This document shows, in pieces, positions 14,201 to 29,200 of a stretch of DNA of 64,000 nt (position 1 is its first letter; every line of letters starts with the position of its first letter). The DNA lies in the NCBI RefSeq assembly GCF_964355755.1, contig NC_092671.1, forward strand, positions 8,866,001 to 8,930,000, written 5' to 3'. This stretch comes from Antedon mediterranea (taxonomy: Eukaryota > Animalia > Echinodermata). A program made the translations under genes and the position numbers. The notes beneath the pieces are model-generated. The model ran no database searches and had not been told where the DNA came from. It was given only the letters and a program-made list of their open reading frames with translations.

Positions 14201-17200
14201 ATAACAAAATGTAAATGCCGAGAAAATGTAAAGGCGCTAAACTATGAATGAATTCATGATTTATTGGTCATAAATGCTCTAAAAAGTTGAACCCTCTATC
14301 GACGGAACTAACTTCTTAGATGGACACCGTGACCTTCTGCATGCAGATACCTTCTGTAAGTGGACATTTCTTCACGACTCAATGCGGACCGCTTACAGTA
14401 CAGTTCAACTGTATGTGAAGGAATTTTTAAGATGAGTTAATTAAACACTTAGTAAGCGGCTTAGTATCAGATTAGCCATCAATAGATGGGTAATTAGTAC
14501 ATTTACCATAATTAATTCTCAATACTAGTCCTTATGAGATTAGTCCATAAACCCTATTCAAATTGGATTAAAGATTATCTCTCCTATCCTTGTGTGATAA
14601 GTTACAAAGATTCAATTCATTATCTGTTTAAAGTAAGATCTGCCTGTGTTACAGCACAGGTGAGTCGCTAACTTGACCTTTTGAGATGACCTTTTGAGAT
14701 GTCCAGTAAACAGGTGTTCAGGTCTTGTGCAACTCAGCACGCTTGGTTTTGGATACCAAATATACACAGATATAATTTAATATACAGTTTGTTCATTAAG
14801 ACCCAATTTGCATTGTAAATTGATTTTATTAGTAGACAAACTTATAAAAATGAATTAAAAAAACATAAGGTGGATTCCGAAAAGTAGTGGGTGGCCTGAT
14901 TTTTAAACAGTTAGAACAAGACTTGGCAGGAAGTAAAGTAGTTCCTCAGCAAGGTACTAAGAGAGTGCTGTTTACTTTGTCTACACATAGAGTATTACTC
15001 CATGGTCTACTGAGAACCATTAGCAAGGAAATAAAGTAAAATGCTTTTAATTCGTTTATGTTTTGATAATTTAAAGTTTCCTTTTTTTCCTTTTATTTAA
15101 TTAATTTTGTGAATTATCACATTTTGAGAGTTAACAACTTGTCAAAATAACATGATGTTTGCGTTAACATTAACCATTAAGAATAATGTACTGTATTGTA
15201 TTTATGCATCTCTCTTGGAGATGTGTATTATTATTTTAAATATTAATATTAACAGATGACTATGGTTTATGTATAAAATATTACATTTGCAGGAAACTGG
15301 GAAGTTTTAAAATCACTTATATTACTAATGCACGCACTTGGTGAAAGTTACTTTTGAAATGTTGTTTTTAGTTGAACTTAATATGAAAAATGTTTTCTTT
15401 ATTATTAAAGTATAACTGGGAGGTCCAGGGAAGAAAATATGGCCTATTGTATAATTATCCTCCCTACATCAAACTCCCTACCCAATAACCCTCAACTTTC
15501 TGGATCTGCCCTGGCTACTGTACTGACTTTGATATTAGCTCATCACTTGGAAAAAACATCCTCCCTCCTCCAACCAAACAATAAATGCTGTGTTCCAAGA
15601 GTTTTTGATTTTGCTATTTAGCCAATGACGATCATGTAAACCATAACATTCTTGCTCACTAGTTAAAAACCGATGCAAATGTTTCAATGTTTTAAGTATG
15701 ATTATATTTAGGTGATGCAGGAGAAATCGGCATTGAAGGAGCTGAAGGAGAAGAAGGGCTACCAGGCGTTGCTGGACCTCCTGGTGATCCAGGACAAAAG
15801 GGAGAAGTTGGAGATGTTGGTCCAACAGGTACCAAGGGTCAAAAGGTATGACCAGCTTTATCTATTTTAACTGATTTATCAACAAACCAAAAATGTGATT
15901 TTAGAAAAATATAATGCTGACCATTAAGCCAACAACAACAATAGTTGCCAAACTTTTGGACAATTGTAGCCACGCCAAACTTTTGGACAATGGTGGCCAA
16001 ATTTTTGGACAGTAGTTGCAAAACTTTTGGACAATGGTGGCCAAAATGTTGGACAATGGTGGCCAAATTGTTGGAGAATGGTGTCCAAACTGTTGGACAA
16101 TGCTGACCAAACTTTTGGACAATGGTAATTGTCAAAACTTGTCCAAAATGGGATTTTGTTTTACAATTTCCATATCTTTATAGTGAAGCAGATTTATGCC
16201 ACAAAGGTTTTAGTAAAGGCAATACTTGATTTTACTAAAAAAACTGTATTATTATGTTCAATTTTCAGTGGTATAGTATTAAGGATATAAATAGAGGATT
16301 GAACGCTTCAACCAGGTTACCTCTGAATTAAATAGTAATTTATATATAAATGCTAGTAAATCCTTCTCCACATGTAAGATCACTTTACAGGAGGAGCTCA
16401 TAGAAATCTCTTGCTGACTTTGGCAGGCTACAGTTTCAACTTTATCTAGTACTAGCTTCCCTTTTCAATTAAATGTAGAACATGTTTTGATAAGATAGGT
16501 TGTATCTTGTTCATTTATTTAACTGATCCACACTCATTCTTCTCAAGACACTCAGGAAAAGGAAATGTTTAAGTAAGACGAGTGTTTAGCGATAACATTT
16601 TGGTACCATTTCTAAAACAAAAAACAAAAAAACAGAAAACTGAAATTGACTTTATAATACTGTAATCTTATAATTTAATAATATAGTTCATCCAATATAT
16701 AGTACCATGGGTACAATACATTGAACCTATAAATTGATAATCTACCCTAAAGTTGATTTAAACTTGACTATATTCTAGGCCAATGATTCTGCCCATTTGC
16801 GATATTTTCAATTAGTTAATGTTCTCTGCATCCGGCATCATGTGTTGTGAATTATTATCAAAACTTTGCCATCAATGCTCACCCATAGTTTTATGGCAGA
16901 TCTTGGATAGGACCATGATGAAATGAACTTTTCTATGGTGGGAGTCTTTAGTTCTTGCGGTTTTGATTGATAAAACAGACTTATATTTTCTGTATTTCGC
17001 CCCTGATCTGATCACTGTGATATTACTTGTATAATTTTGATCCAGGGTACGCTGGTATTCATTCTTGCTGAAGTTGGTTCTTTTTAGCTTTCATGCTAAA
17101 TTTCTTCTGTTTACAGATTGCCGGTCATGGGATAATGATTTAACATGAATGTTGACTGTCATGTGCGTAACGTTGCTTGCTTTCATAGGAAACAGGTTTT

Positions 17201-20200
17201 GCCGATTTTGTTTCTTGTCATCCTATATGTAATGTTTGTGCTGAATTTTTGTTTGACAAGTCTATATTAACCAAAGGAAACTATTAATTTCTTCAAAATC
17301 CCTTCTAGGAAAGAAAATATAGCATACAGGTGTCAAGCAATGATATTTTTGTTGTAACTAAATTTTATTTTTCAATTTAAAGTATAACATCAGTCTATTA
17401 TCTAGCAAATTATGGTAATAATAATTTGATGTTTCTAATATGACGTTCCCAAATAATGTAAGTTCGTCAATCTCTTTATAATTTTACACATAAAGCCAAG
17501 GTATCTAATATTAATTGTCAATGATCTTTATCGATTAAGATTTTGTTGTTGATGTACAAGATAGTTTGGTTGTTAAGGAGAGGTTTTCATGATTTACAAG
17601 ATTGTACTGTGTATCTGCTTTAGAAAAAGCTGAGTATAAACATGGTATAAATGAGAAGTTTGGATCACAATGATTCTGGATCCATTTTCACAATTTTTTC
17701 CCTTGCCTGATTCATTCTATGTATTATGGTGGACAATTTACAGAAAGATGTCCAGTGAAAAGGTACCTCTATTCTTAAGCATGTAATAATGTAGCCAGTG
17801 GTGTAACACAGAGGCCCGGAGGTCCCTGGTTTAGAGACCCTAAGTATTGCCAGTTTGTGCTCATAGCCACTGAATGCAGCTTTTATTAACCTTGGTTTTT
17901 GAGAGACTTGATAATATCCCATTTTTTGTATTGTACATACAGGGAGAGGCTGGAGTTGGTTTACCAGGACCAGCAGGTGTTGTTCCAACATTCGATCCAC
18001 AGCAAATAACGGGACCAAAAGGTGATAAAGTAAGTGACAATAACATTTAATTATTATATAGGTGATGATTAACAATAGGATGCCTATAATTAAGAGAGGC
18101 TTCCTTTAATTATCATCCAGCCTTGGGTTCATCTTTTTTTCTTGATACAAGTTTGTCTGGATATTGTAACAATTGTCCCCTGAAAAAAATCTAAATTATA
18201 TATGAAATTATTATATTTCCTGTGTTATCTATTTGAATAGCTGTTGGAAACGTTATCTTATGTTAAAATGTCAGTTATATTGTAACAGTGCAATTGAAAA
18301 TTGAAATGCAATAAAAAATAGCATTTTATTAATTTTTATTTTTAATTTAATAAATCAAATAATATTAATCAATTTAAAAAATCTGACTTGTCAAGATGAA
18401 ATCCCTTGTCTGCCATAGCGTCATATTGAATCCTACAGAAGTATTAGAATAACAAGAATAAAAGATGCAACTATTTTATTTATGACTTTTTATTTTAATG
18501 GTACTTATAATTTTTTAAATTATTAAAATTACAATATAAAAAGGGCGTGCAGTATACCGTTCCTTTGGAACACCTATTAAGGGGACACTTTCTTATGAAA
18601 TGAATGATGGGTAATATGTTTTTAATCACTCCTTATTCAATCCGATTAAGAGGACACTTTATTGGGTCCAGAAGCTACCCCCTAATATGAGCTTTACTCA
18701 TACTCTTATAGTAAATTGCTATGTGTTACTGCAATAATTGAACAATTTTGAAAATAACAATATTAACATCAATTAAATAAACTATTTACAAAACATTTTT
18801 TTGTCAAATTTTACTAATTGCAACAATTATAAATAATTGTATGAATATCATATTAATGTTTTTAATGAATAAATTATTAAATAATTACAATCAGTTATTT
18901 CTAAGGATTTAGATAGAGAGAGGATATGAATGTGTTAAATATATTCAATTTATTGTTTGTATGTGATATCTTGTTTCATTTGTAACGCATTAATGTCTTG
19001 CAGTCATCCCCATATAAATGTTATCTTAGATATAGTTAAAATTACATATAGCGCAGAAGGAGCAGCATCCACTGGCCTCGAGCGATGTGATCTACAGTCC
19101 CATGCGATATGAAAGTTAATGCCGCAGAATATAAAAAGGAAATCTAATTATAAAAATCGGTATAATTATTAACAAGTGAATTTTAAAACAGTCGACAAGT
19201 AGCAACGTATAAGAAAACGTGTTTGAAGTTGATCCTGGTTACTTATGTTTTTGCAAAAATAAAACGAACACGAAATTAAAGCCCTAGTGTAGATGATTAT
19301 GATTTTTTTAGACTGCAAAATAGTGTGATATTAAGAAAATGAACATTTAGAAGTTTTGAAACTTTTTTCATCTTGTAATAATTGTTTCCCTTTCTACTTG
19401 AGAGCTTAGAGGTATTATAGCCTAGTGTGAATTACCCTGCTTTTATGTGACCGGTCATTATACTCCATTTTGGAAAGTTATGATGGAACAACTATTAAAG
19501 AAGTACAGTAGCATGGAGGGTGAGCTGGGTGAAAAGGCTTTAAATGAACTTTTAACTGACTGAAAGAGAGTGAGCTATGTGAAAAGGCTTTAAATGATGA
19601 ACTTTAAACTGACTGAAAGAGAGTGAGCTGTGTGAAAAGGGTTTAAATGAACTTTTAACTGACTGAAAGAGAGTGAGCAGTGTGAAAAGGCTTTAAATGA
19701 ACTTTTAACTGACTGACAGTGAGCAGTGTGAAAAGGCTTTAAATGAACTCTTAACTGACTGAAAGAGAGTGAGCTGTGTGAAAAGGCTTTAAATGAACCA
19801 ACTAAAAGAGTCTGAAAAAAACCTTAAAGAAGTACTCTATAATAAGTAATCACCATTTCAATTGATTTATTTACATTTGTTTAGATAAATATACATTTGG
19901 CTATAAATTTATTTATTTTCTGTTTTAGGGGGACCAAGGTGATGAAGGTTCAGGAGGAATATCAGTAAGGGAAAAGAATACATTTTTTTTTTATTTTATA
20001 GTGTTGTTACCTAACCATTATCCGAATATATTCATATTAAAAAATAATTGTTTGCAGATGATGCGAATAAATTCTGAACTGTGTTTACACAAAACTAACA
20101 AAGATTATATTCTTTTTTTTGTAGGGTCAAGATGGGTCACCTGGTGCTCAAGGTATCCCAGGTGTTCAGGGAGAAAGGGGCCAACAAGGAGAAAAGGTAG

Positions 20201-23200
20201 GAATACAAATTTGCTGAAAACTAAGAGCATTGAGGAATTAATGATCTCTTCATTGATATTGGTAATAATAATTTCATCGTATCTTCTCAGGAGAGAATAG
20301 ATAAGATGAAATTATTAGTTTACTGGTATGTTTGCAATTATATTTTGGTTATTTAGGGTGATCCAGGCATCGGCATTAAAGGTGAAAAGGGTGATCAAGG
20401 TATTCCGGGTGAGGATGGAGATGATGGAGACGATGGAAACCATGGTACAAAAGGAGAACCAGGCTTGGTAAGTGTTACGACATGCACCACAATTTGTTTA
20501 AAGATACTATCACTACAATTGTTGACGATTTGTAAAAATAATGTTTATATATTACTTATATATTAAACCAGGTCATTCCGTGTCTTAAATGTACGTTTTA
20601 AGGTTAAATATGATTTCTTAATTTTATAGGCCTAGCAGCAGTACCATATGAACATTGTACATACAATATTTAATTTTACATCAAATTCAGTTTGTGACCT
20701 TAAATTAGATTGAAAAACATAGGTGTCTTTAATGATTTACATACTGTATATCCAAATAGTGATTACTGATTGAAGTGAGTGATCTGGCAAAATCAAATCC
20801 CTGAATACTTACCCAACAAGGGAGCTGTAAACCATTGCCAAACAGGGTTCACTGCCTATGTGCTATGGTTCTGGGATTAAAGCGAATCATATCATGGTTT
20901 TACTTGTCCACGTATCCCCTGTAGTTGATTAATGAAAGAGTGCTTTTTTGTGACTGTATGACATAGACAGGAAAGGAGCATCTCATTTGTAATATCTTGT
21001 TTACCTGTATGTTTATTCTACTTCCAATTTAATTGGTATATTTGAAGAAATACTGGATAAGTTACCTATAACTGACAAATACAAGGTGTAGGCCCAGGTC
21101 ATTCGAAAGCTCCCTGTGTGAACAAAATCATCCCATTTTCATTCTATAAATATTAGATGTCTGTATTTTTATGGCAGTAATAATATGATCAAATGTTACT
21201 GATCATCATAGCCTTATAAAATTACATACATTTAATGTTTCAAGGATTCTTAATAAATGTGCGTAGCTTTCATAGGAAGTTGATGTGTCTGCCGATTTAC
21301 ATTATATGCCACTATGTATTCATTTTATCAGCTGTGATTAAAAAAAAACAACATTTTGACAAAAAAATATTCCTAAAATAAACGTGAAGTAAGTGAAGTA
21401 GCTCCTAGTAACTATAGTATTAGAATTGATTGAAACAAAAGTATACTTTTAATTATGATGGAAGCACGTAAACAAAATATTATGACCTAAATTTGTATTC
21501 AGATCTGTCAGATAACAGACATAGTTATTATTAAATATCAATTTAATTGACACTATTTCCACACAAAAAAACACCACATTTTTAAAAATCAGTCTCAATA
21601 ATTATTTTTTTGTAATTAGGCTGAGGGAAAAAAACATTGATTGAGACTTCCTATTCATAAAATCAATTTGTTTTATTTCCATAGGGAATTTATGACATTG
21701 GATCTGGTGATGAGATGTGGGAAGAGATACAGGTACAATATTTAAAGTTTCAATATTTAAGATGTGTTAGTTCCTGATAAAACATAATATTTATTTAGTT
21801 AGAACACAGAAATGAGTGTAATTCAAAAATTATTTAAGTGAAAATTTCCCCAGATTCTCATGCAATTATTTTACATTATTATTTAATTCAGCATTTTTAG
21901 AATTATTATGTATTTGTTATTTTTACAATAGGGACCAAGAGGCAAACAAGGTCGTAAAGGTGACATGGGTCCACGTGGATTTAACGGATCCACCGGTCCA
22001 ATGGGCCCACCAGGCCTCCCTGGGCCAGTAGGTCCACCAGGCATCTCTAGTCTAGTGAATGTGAATGCTAGTACAGTTGAAGGCCCACCAGGACCTGTTG
22101 GCCCACAAGGAATGAAGGTATTGTTTATTGTTGTATACTTTTATAGTATAATTTTTATTTAATTATATAATTTAGTGTTGTAGATTCTACAAAACATTTC
22201 ACATCCAGATCAGTGGATAATTGATAAAAATGTTCAGCATTGGAAACAATTTCGCGACCCATCATTTTTTTTTCCGCGTTCAAAACATTGGGTTGCAACC
22301 CATAGGTTGCGAACCAGCAATTTATAGTTCTTTTAGCTGCAAGATAATGCTTTGTCAGGCGATCAAAACATTGGGTTGCGACCCATAGGTTGCGAACCGG
22401 CAATTTATAGCTCTTTTAGCTGCAAGATAATGCGTCGGGCTAAATCAACAACAACAAAAAATTTATCTAAATCAGTTAATTGATTTTGACTTCCTTGAGT
22501 TTAGTTGGCTGTTAATTAAATTGTTATTGTCTTTTAAGGGTGACGAGGGATCCAACGGTGAAACAGGATCTCAGGGACAAAAGGGAGACAAGGTAAAGAA
22601 CTATTAACAACAATTAATTTTAGTAGACCATATTGCCTAATATTTATTCATCAATCTTATTTATAAACTGTTTGTTTTTTCCATAGGGTGATATTGGCCC
22701 AAGTGGATATGACGGTGTTCCAGGACGTAAGGTACATATATCCTCTTTTATTTCATCTTCTTTTATTTTTTTCGAACAGTCAGTGGGAAAATAGCAAAAG
22801 GCTTCTTAATTTCTAGGAGTTTTATCAGATAATCTATATTTAGTGCTGATTTTGTCATTTTTTAAAAATTATATAGTATAGTCCTTGTATTAACATTTAA
22901 AATTCACTTACATATTCATTCTGTTGTCTTTTAGGGTGATACTGGGAAAGCTGGTATGCCAGGACCAATGGGACCAGCTGGTATACCTGGTATGATTGGA
23001 CTAGAAGGAATACAAGGACCACCTGGACCACCTGGCCCTCCCGGAATTCTACCAACATGGTTACCAACAATGTTTGTAAGTTGTAGCAGTATTCAATTTA
23101 AAGTAATGTAAATAATAACATATAATAGTATTGACCTTTCCAACCATACTAAACTTATTGGCTCATTCTTTGTATGTACATTATTTTCAAGGAATATTCA

Positions 23201-26200
23201 ACACAAGCATACTACTGTATGTGTATAAAGCTCTGTCTACACTATAAAATGTTATGTGACAAAAACATGTGATGTGCTCATGATGGACATGATGATATCA
23301 TATCACTACCATATTTGGGCACATCACACATCACTAGTTTGATAGTGTAGACAAACCTTAAAAATCATTTTTCATTTTATCTTCATAGGAAGGATCCGGT
23401 AGTGGAAGTGGAGAAAATGAAGTTGTTGAGGTAAGAGAATTATAATTGTGTTTCATGAATTTATGGGTTACATAAGGACAAACGACACAGTCACATCTTC
23501 TAGGAAACCAGCATAATAACCAAAACTTCAACAACAGTGTATATAATTTTTTACCCAAAAATTCTTTATTTTCAGCCAATCCCTGGACCTATAGGACCTC
23601 CAGGAAGGGACGGACAAAAGGGTGAACAGGGCTCTATTGGTGATCTAGGACCTATGGGACCATCTGTGAGTTACCTCTTTTTAAAATGTTATATTCATGA
23701 ACATATGTTGATGTCACCAGAGAAGAGTGAAATTTCACTTGTATTTTGAACCTACAATTAAAACAAACTATTATACTGTGATTTGATTATGATTTTTTTT
23801 ATAAGAAATAACTGATATTTTTTTGTTTTTGGTTTCAGGGTTTACCAGGAACCCCAGGAGACCGCGGAGAAAAGGTGATTCAACAATTTTTTCAGAACCC
23901 TCACCTGTTTGGTGTAAAAAGAGCAATGTCCTGTGTCTTACGGTTTAATTAAACATTATTGCCCCACTCACTATAATTGTATATATAAAGAACTATATGA
24001 CCCAAACTTTAGTTCTTTAACACAAAATGTTTTATTTGTAGGGTTACCATGGACCATCAGGACTACCTGGAGAACAGGTAAATGACACTTAATTGCTACT
24101 AAATTACTTTTTATAAGAAATATATAATAGACATTTTTAATAAGCAATGTTTTCAAGAGGAAATATTTTCTGTAGTAAAGTAAACAATAAAAAGATGGGT
24201 TAATGTCTGTTTTGCTTATCTGCTCTTTAGGGCCAACGTGGCTTCCCTGGATTACCTGGGCTAGAAGGAGTCAAGGTAAAAATATATATCTTCTATTTTA
24301 ATTTTTAACTTATCTTTCCTTAACATTTTCTTAATTTTATATTCTTTTATAACACATCTGTTGCCTTGCAATTTCATCAGGTTAAATATGCCAATTCTTT
24401 AAAATATAATGTTTATTCTGGATGGATTTTTGTTCTTGTTAAACTTGAAACTGCATTAAGAAGTTGTGTATAATTGTGTTATCTACTTTTATCTTTTCAC
24501 TGTAGGGTGATAAAGGAGACTTTGTTAAGGGTGATGTGGGACCAATAGGGCTAATTGGACCAAAAGGTGATATGGGACCACAAGGCATACCCGGACTGCC
24601 AGGACCACCAGGCATAGCACCTACAAATTCAGGCATATTTGAGGTAATATATGAGCAGCAGCAGTAGTAGTATGTAATTGTAAAGAAAAAAAAGAGTGAA
24701 TTAACCAAATATATTGTACAATTAAAAAATTATGGTCTGTATTGTATGTTTGAATACTTGTTAAATTATTGTCTGACTTTTTCTAGGGCTCCGGATTAAT
24801 TGGCGAACCAGGAGAGAAGGGAGAGAAAGGTGAAGTAGGACTACTTGGACCTTCCGGACCATCAGGCGAACAGGGAATACGAGGAGAGAAAGGTCAAAAG
24901 GGAGATGCTGGTCTAAATGGTGTACCTGGATACAAAGGACCACCAGGTAATCCTGGTGATGAAGGCCCTCAAGGTATCAAAGGACTGGATGGTACACCTG
25001 GACAACAGGTAGGAATGTTGTGATTGATTTTGATATGATTTTGTTAAATACTAATATCTACACCACGGTCAGTTACAACTAAATACAGTAGAACTCCTCA
25101 GTTTATGCACCTATTTTTTGGTGTACCTTTGATTAAGATTCTACTGTAGTCTTTAATACAAGAATACAGGTAACAATTTCTGTCAATCAACAGATATTAA
25201 ACTGACAGATATGATGCAAATATATTGTATCTTTAGTTGTTGATATTTTCTTTCTCTAGGGAGGAAAAGGTGACAAAGGAATAAGAGGTAATGATGGCGA
25301 GGATGGCAAAGATGGTATCCATGGATCACATGGTCAAAAGGTAACAGAATATATTCTATTTGCTGATAGATAGCTTGGTCAGCCCAAGAATGTTTAATAT
25401 ATTTGTCTTCGGAGCAGCTTCCCCACTGTCTTTACTGGACATTATTTGTATTATTTTTCTTTTGTAAGGGTGAAAAAGGTGAATCATACATTCCAGAAGA
25501 TGGAGAGCTTGTGAAGTTAAAGGGAGACAGGGGAGATGCTGGACGTCGTGGAAAGAAAGGAGAAAAAGGTCATTTTGGTATCCCAGGTCGACCGGTGAGT
25601 TTACTTAAGATTGTATTAATTGTATTTTAACACATGATTAACACAAATGTAACAGTATTCATAAAAACTGAACATATATTGAGAAATTTGTATTGTATAT
25701 TATAATTCCAGGGTCGACCTGGAGCCTTGGGACCAGCTGGTGCTCCAGGACAGAGGGGACCTATGGGTAGACCCGGACCAACAGTAAGTGATTGATTTAA
25801 TGTAACATGTGCATGCCACTTTCAATATAACGGAAGCATTCCATTTTGAATTTAACTAAACATTCTTGCATGGAATAAAAGCATGATTTTTGTTTTCTAT
25901 TTCTTTTTATTACTTTTGTATATTTTTCTTGTCTTACCAATGAAATAAATTATTTGTATATTTGTTTGCATACAATCAAATAAAAGGTGCGAATAATGAA
26001 ATCAGACTGCCTCAGTCATTTTCCAAGCAGTTCAAACTTGCACTGCACTGGTTAATAACATTGTGCCAAACTCCTTTGATTTAAATTATTTTCATCACTA
26101 ATTGCATGATTGCATGTAGTCAATAGTTGCATGGTTTATTTTACCCAGGGCTATGTAGGAGAGAAAGGCATTGTGGGTCCAAAAGGTGACAAAGTGAGTA

Positions 26201-29200
26201 TGCATGTACACATTTTAATATTGAATATTCCTTTTTTTGTTTTTAATCTTGCCACCGTGATTCGACTTCTGTAAGTTCAATTTTGACTTTTCATAATTAG
26301 CATTTTTATGTTAGCAAAGAGATTGTATTTTTCTTCTTTTTGTTGAGATTTTAGGTGAATTATACATAGCATAAATTATAATATCAGTATTTTTTTTCCT
26401 TCCAGGGTGTAGGTGTTCAAGGACCGCGGGTAAATAATTAATTTTGATTATATTAAAATATTTAAATCTTATATTAAAATATTTAAATCTTATAATAAAT
26501 TATTTATGGACTGGAACAATTGCATTGATTCCTACATTGATTTTGTTGCTTATTTTAGGGTGATCGTGGTTTTCAAGGTATTAAAGGTGAACCAGGTGAA
26601 ATCATAAAGGTACACTGATTTAATTAATTTATGTATTTATCTCCAAAACGTACTCGAAGTACAGCATTATATAGTTAAAGCAATATATTGTTAATCCAAT
26701 ATATTGAATTAGAAACAGGAGAGTGTCCATGATTGGTCTCTTACAGGAATAATGTAATCATGTAAGTGATGTAATTGCCATATTTAAGTCAAAAAATGTT
26801 ATGCTTTATTTTGTAGGATAAATATAACTATGGAACCGAAGGCCCTAAGGGATCAATCGGCATTCCAGGAAGGCCAGGTCGACGAGGTGAGTATCGAAAT
26901 GGGCAGTTTTCAAATGTAGTTTAAAAATTGTAAAATGTCATTGAGTTAGAAACTGACAAACACTATAGATATTGTTGTGTTATATAATATATATATATAC
27001 TTTAAATGTGTTGGTATGTAAACAAACTAAAGTTGCAATTTAAGAGCTTCCATATATTAATTTTAAAGAAAACCATCGTCTGCAACCAACTTACTGTAGC
27101 TTATAATTTCGCAACTCTATGCAAATAAGTAGTTCTCAATGTCAACAGCTTGTCTCTTTTTTTATAAATAAGGATGCTTAATTAATCATTATTAATTATA
27201 TTTCTAGGTCTAACTGGAGTTCCAGGTGTGCCTGGTCTCCAAGGAGTTAGGGGGCTTAAAGGAGACCGAGTAAGTATATATCACCCCTCTTTCCTTGTTG
27301 AAATTATGTATTTTAATGTTCGTTATTTTCAATGTTATTTTGGAATTTTGTTACACTACTAAAATAACACAAATATGTACAGAACAAACGAACAAAATGA
27401 TTATGTATGAATATTCTCTATGATAGGGATTTGATGGTCGTAATGGAGTAGACGGAGATAACGGTCAGAAAGGTAACAGAGGAGAGAAAGGTGACCACGG
27501 CAATCCAGGTTCTAAGGTATAAATTATTATAATATGCTGGCATATATCTCATATATTTAAATCACAACTTGTTAGAGACATGTTATGAGTTTAAAATGAG
27601 TATAGTGAGTGTCTGAGCAGTTAAGACAATGGAATCGTAATTACTTTCCATCGCCAAGGGTTCAAGGCTCACTTGCTCCATGGCTTTGTCCTGTGTACAC
27701 ATGTAGCTCATGTGCATTTAGTACATCTTTTGAGAGGTAGAGGATTACCCCTGTGTACTAGTACACACACAGTTACAGTCACTCATAGCCACTGATCATA
27801 ACTGGACCCCTGGGAGGCCAGTCTTTGACTGAAGAGGTCATCCAGTATAAAAGAAAACTACATTTTATACTGTACCATGTATGATTTATGAACTTACTGT
27901 ATGGTAAAAGAAGCACGCTGTTGTACAGTATCTTGTGTTACTGTATGGTAAAGCAGTGGAAGGAGACAGTATTTTTAGATGTAGCTTTGTAACAAGAGTT
28001 TAAAAAAAAATAAGTATAGTACTCGCCATGCAAACCTCCAAAAATGTTTTTAATTGTTTCTGTTCACAGGGTGAGCCTGGCATTACAGTAAGTCCTGATG
28101 GCAGTACAGTGCAAGGTCCACCTGGTCCAACTGTAAGTTTTATTCATCATTTTACTTAATTAGATGTACTGTATTCTAAATCATGAATGTTATAAAAAAA
28201 CTGTCAACATGAACTGTTTTTCAGGGTCCACCAGGTGTTGGCAGACCAGGCCCACCTGGTCCTCCTGGCCAATCAAATCCAAGTGAGAAAGGTATGTGAT
28301 ATATGTATTTTGTATGTATTGTGTAATTGCATACATTATATAATTCAGTTAAATTATTATGTGTAATTTAAAAGGTACGTAGCAGAAACAGCAGTAAGAT
28401 TGAACAATTGAAATTAATATTTAAAAAAGATGTTTGTTTTCTGCTGCTGTCCCAAAATATGAAATAATCTGTGCAAACAAATTGGAAATCTACGGACAAT
28501 TTATTTATGTAAAGCACCACTGTGTCACTAATATGACTTTTAAATTAAAAGCACCACTGTGTCTCTAATATGACTTTTAAATTAATTACAATTTATGGTG
28601 TTTATACAAGTTTGGAAAAACAAAGGCTAACTATCATGTTGATATGATTTCAGGATCCAAAGGAGATTCTGGGTTACCAGGACGAACAGGTCCAAGGGGC
28701 CCAGTAGGCCCACCTGGAATATCACAAAATGGTGGAAACAGTGGCTACTCAGGGGTATGTTAATATAGATTGAAAATATAGATATCAAAATGTAGAATAT
28801 ACTGTAATGTTCTCCATTCCATAAATTAAAAGCATTTAATTTCATTCATAATTGTATGTTTTGAATTTGTTTTATATAATATAAATACTTGGGAATATAA
28901 TGTTTATGATAAATATTTCAATGTTTATACAATTGACATCCTTAAAATGATGTGAGGGTGAAAGAGTTGTATATTTTTCAAACCTTATTTCACTCCTATA
29001 TATTTTTTATCAAATTTTGGTATCACATTTCCTATTGTATATCCTGTAGGCATTAGTACTATCATCAGAAAAAGATATGATGGATATTGGTAAAGAAGCC
29101 CCAATTGGCACGTTTGTTTTCCTTGATGGCCAACAGCAGTTGTTTATACGAGTGATTGGAGGTTGGCAGGAGATTCAGGTATGTATCCAAGTTTACGTTT

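Noticed and set aside
15839-16135. Repetitive ORFs 15839-16135 and 15901-16122
   Set aside because: Translations of the 22-bp minisatellite; no splice or domain support.
19520-19798. 50-bp repeats resembling a CRISPR array
   Set aside because: Head-to-tail units without unique spacers, intronic eukaryotic context, no cas genes: a minisatellite.
25520-25540. RGD motifs in the collagen (also near 10113)
   Set aside because: RGD arises frequently in Gly-X-Y sequence and is usually cryptic in triple helices.
27600-27680. Possible tRNA gene
   Set aside because: A/B boxes are degenerate, no complete cloverleaf, and it continues into a SINE-like body.
27795-27858. CTGAAGAG...GAAA as a hammerhead ribozyme in the SINE tail
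   Set aside because: No stem II between the boxes; better explained as a SINE/LINE 3' stem-loop and A-rich tail.
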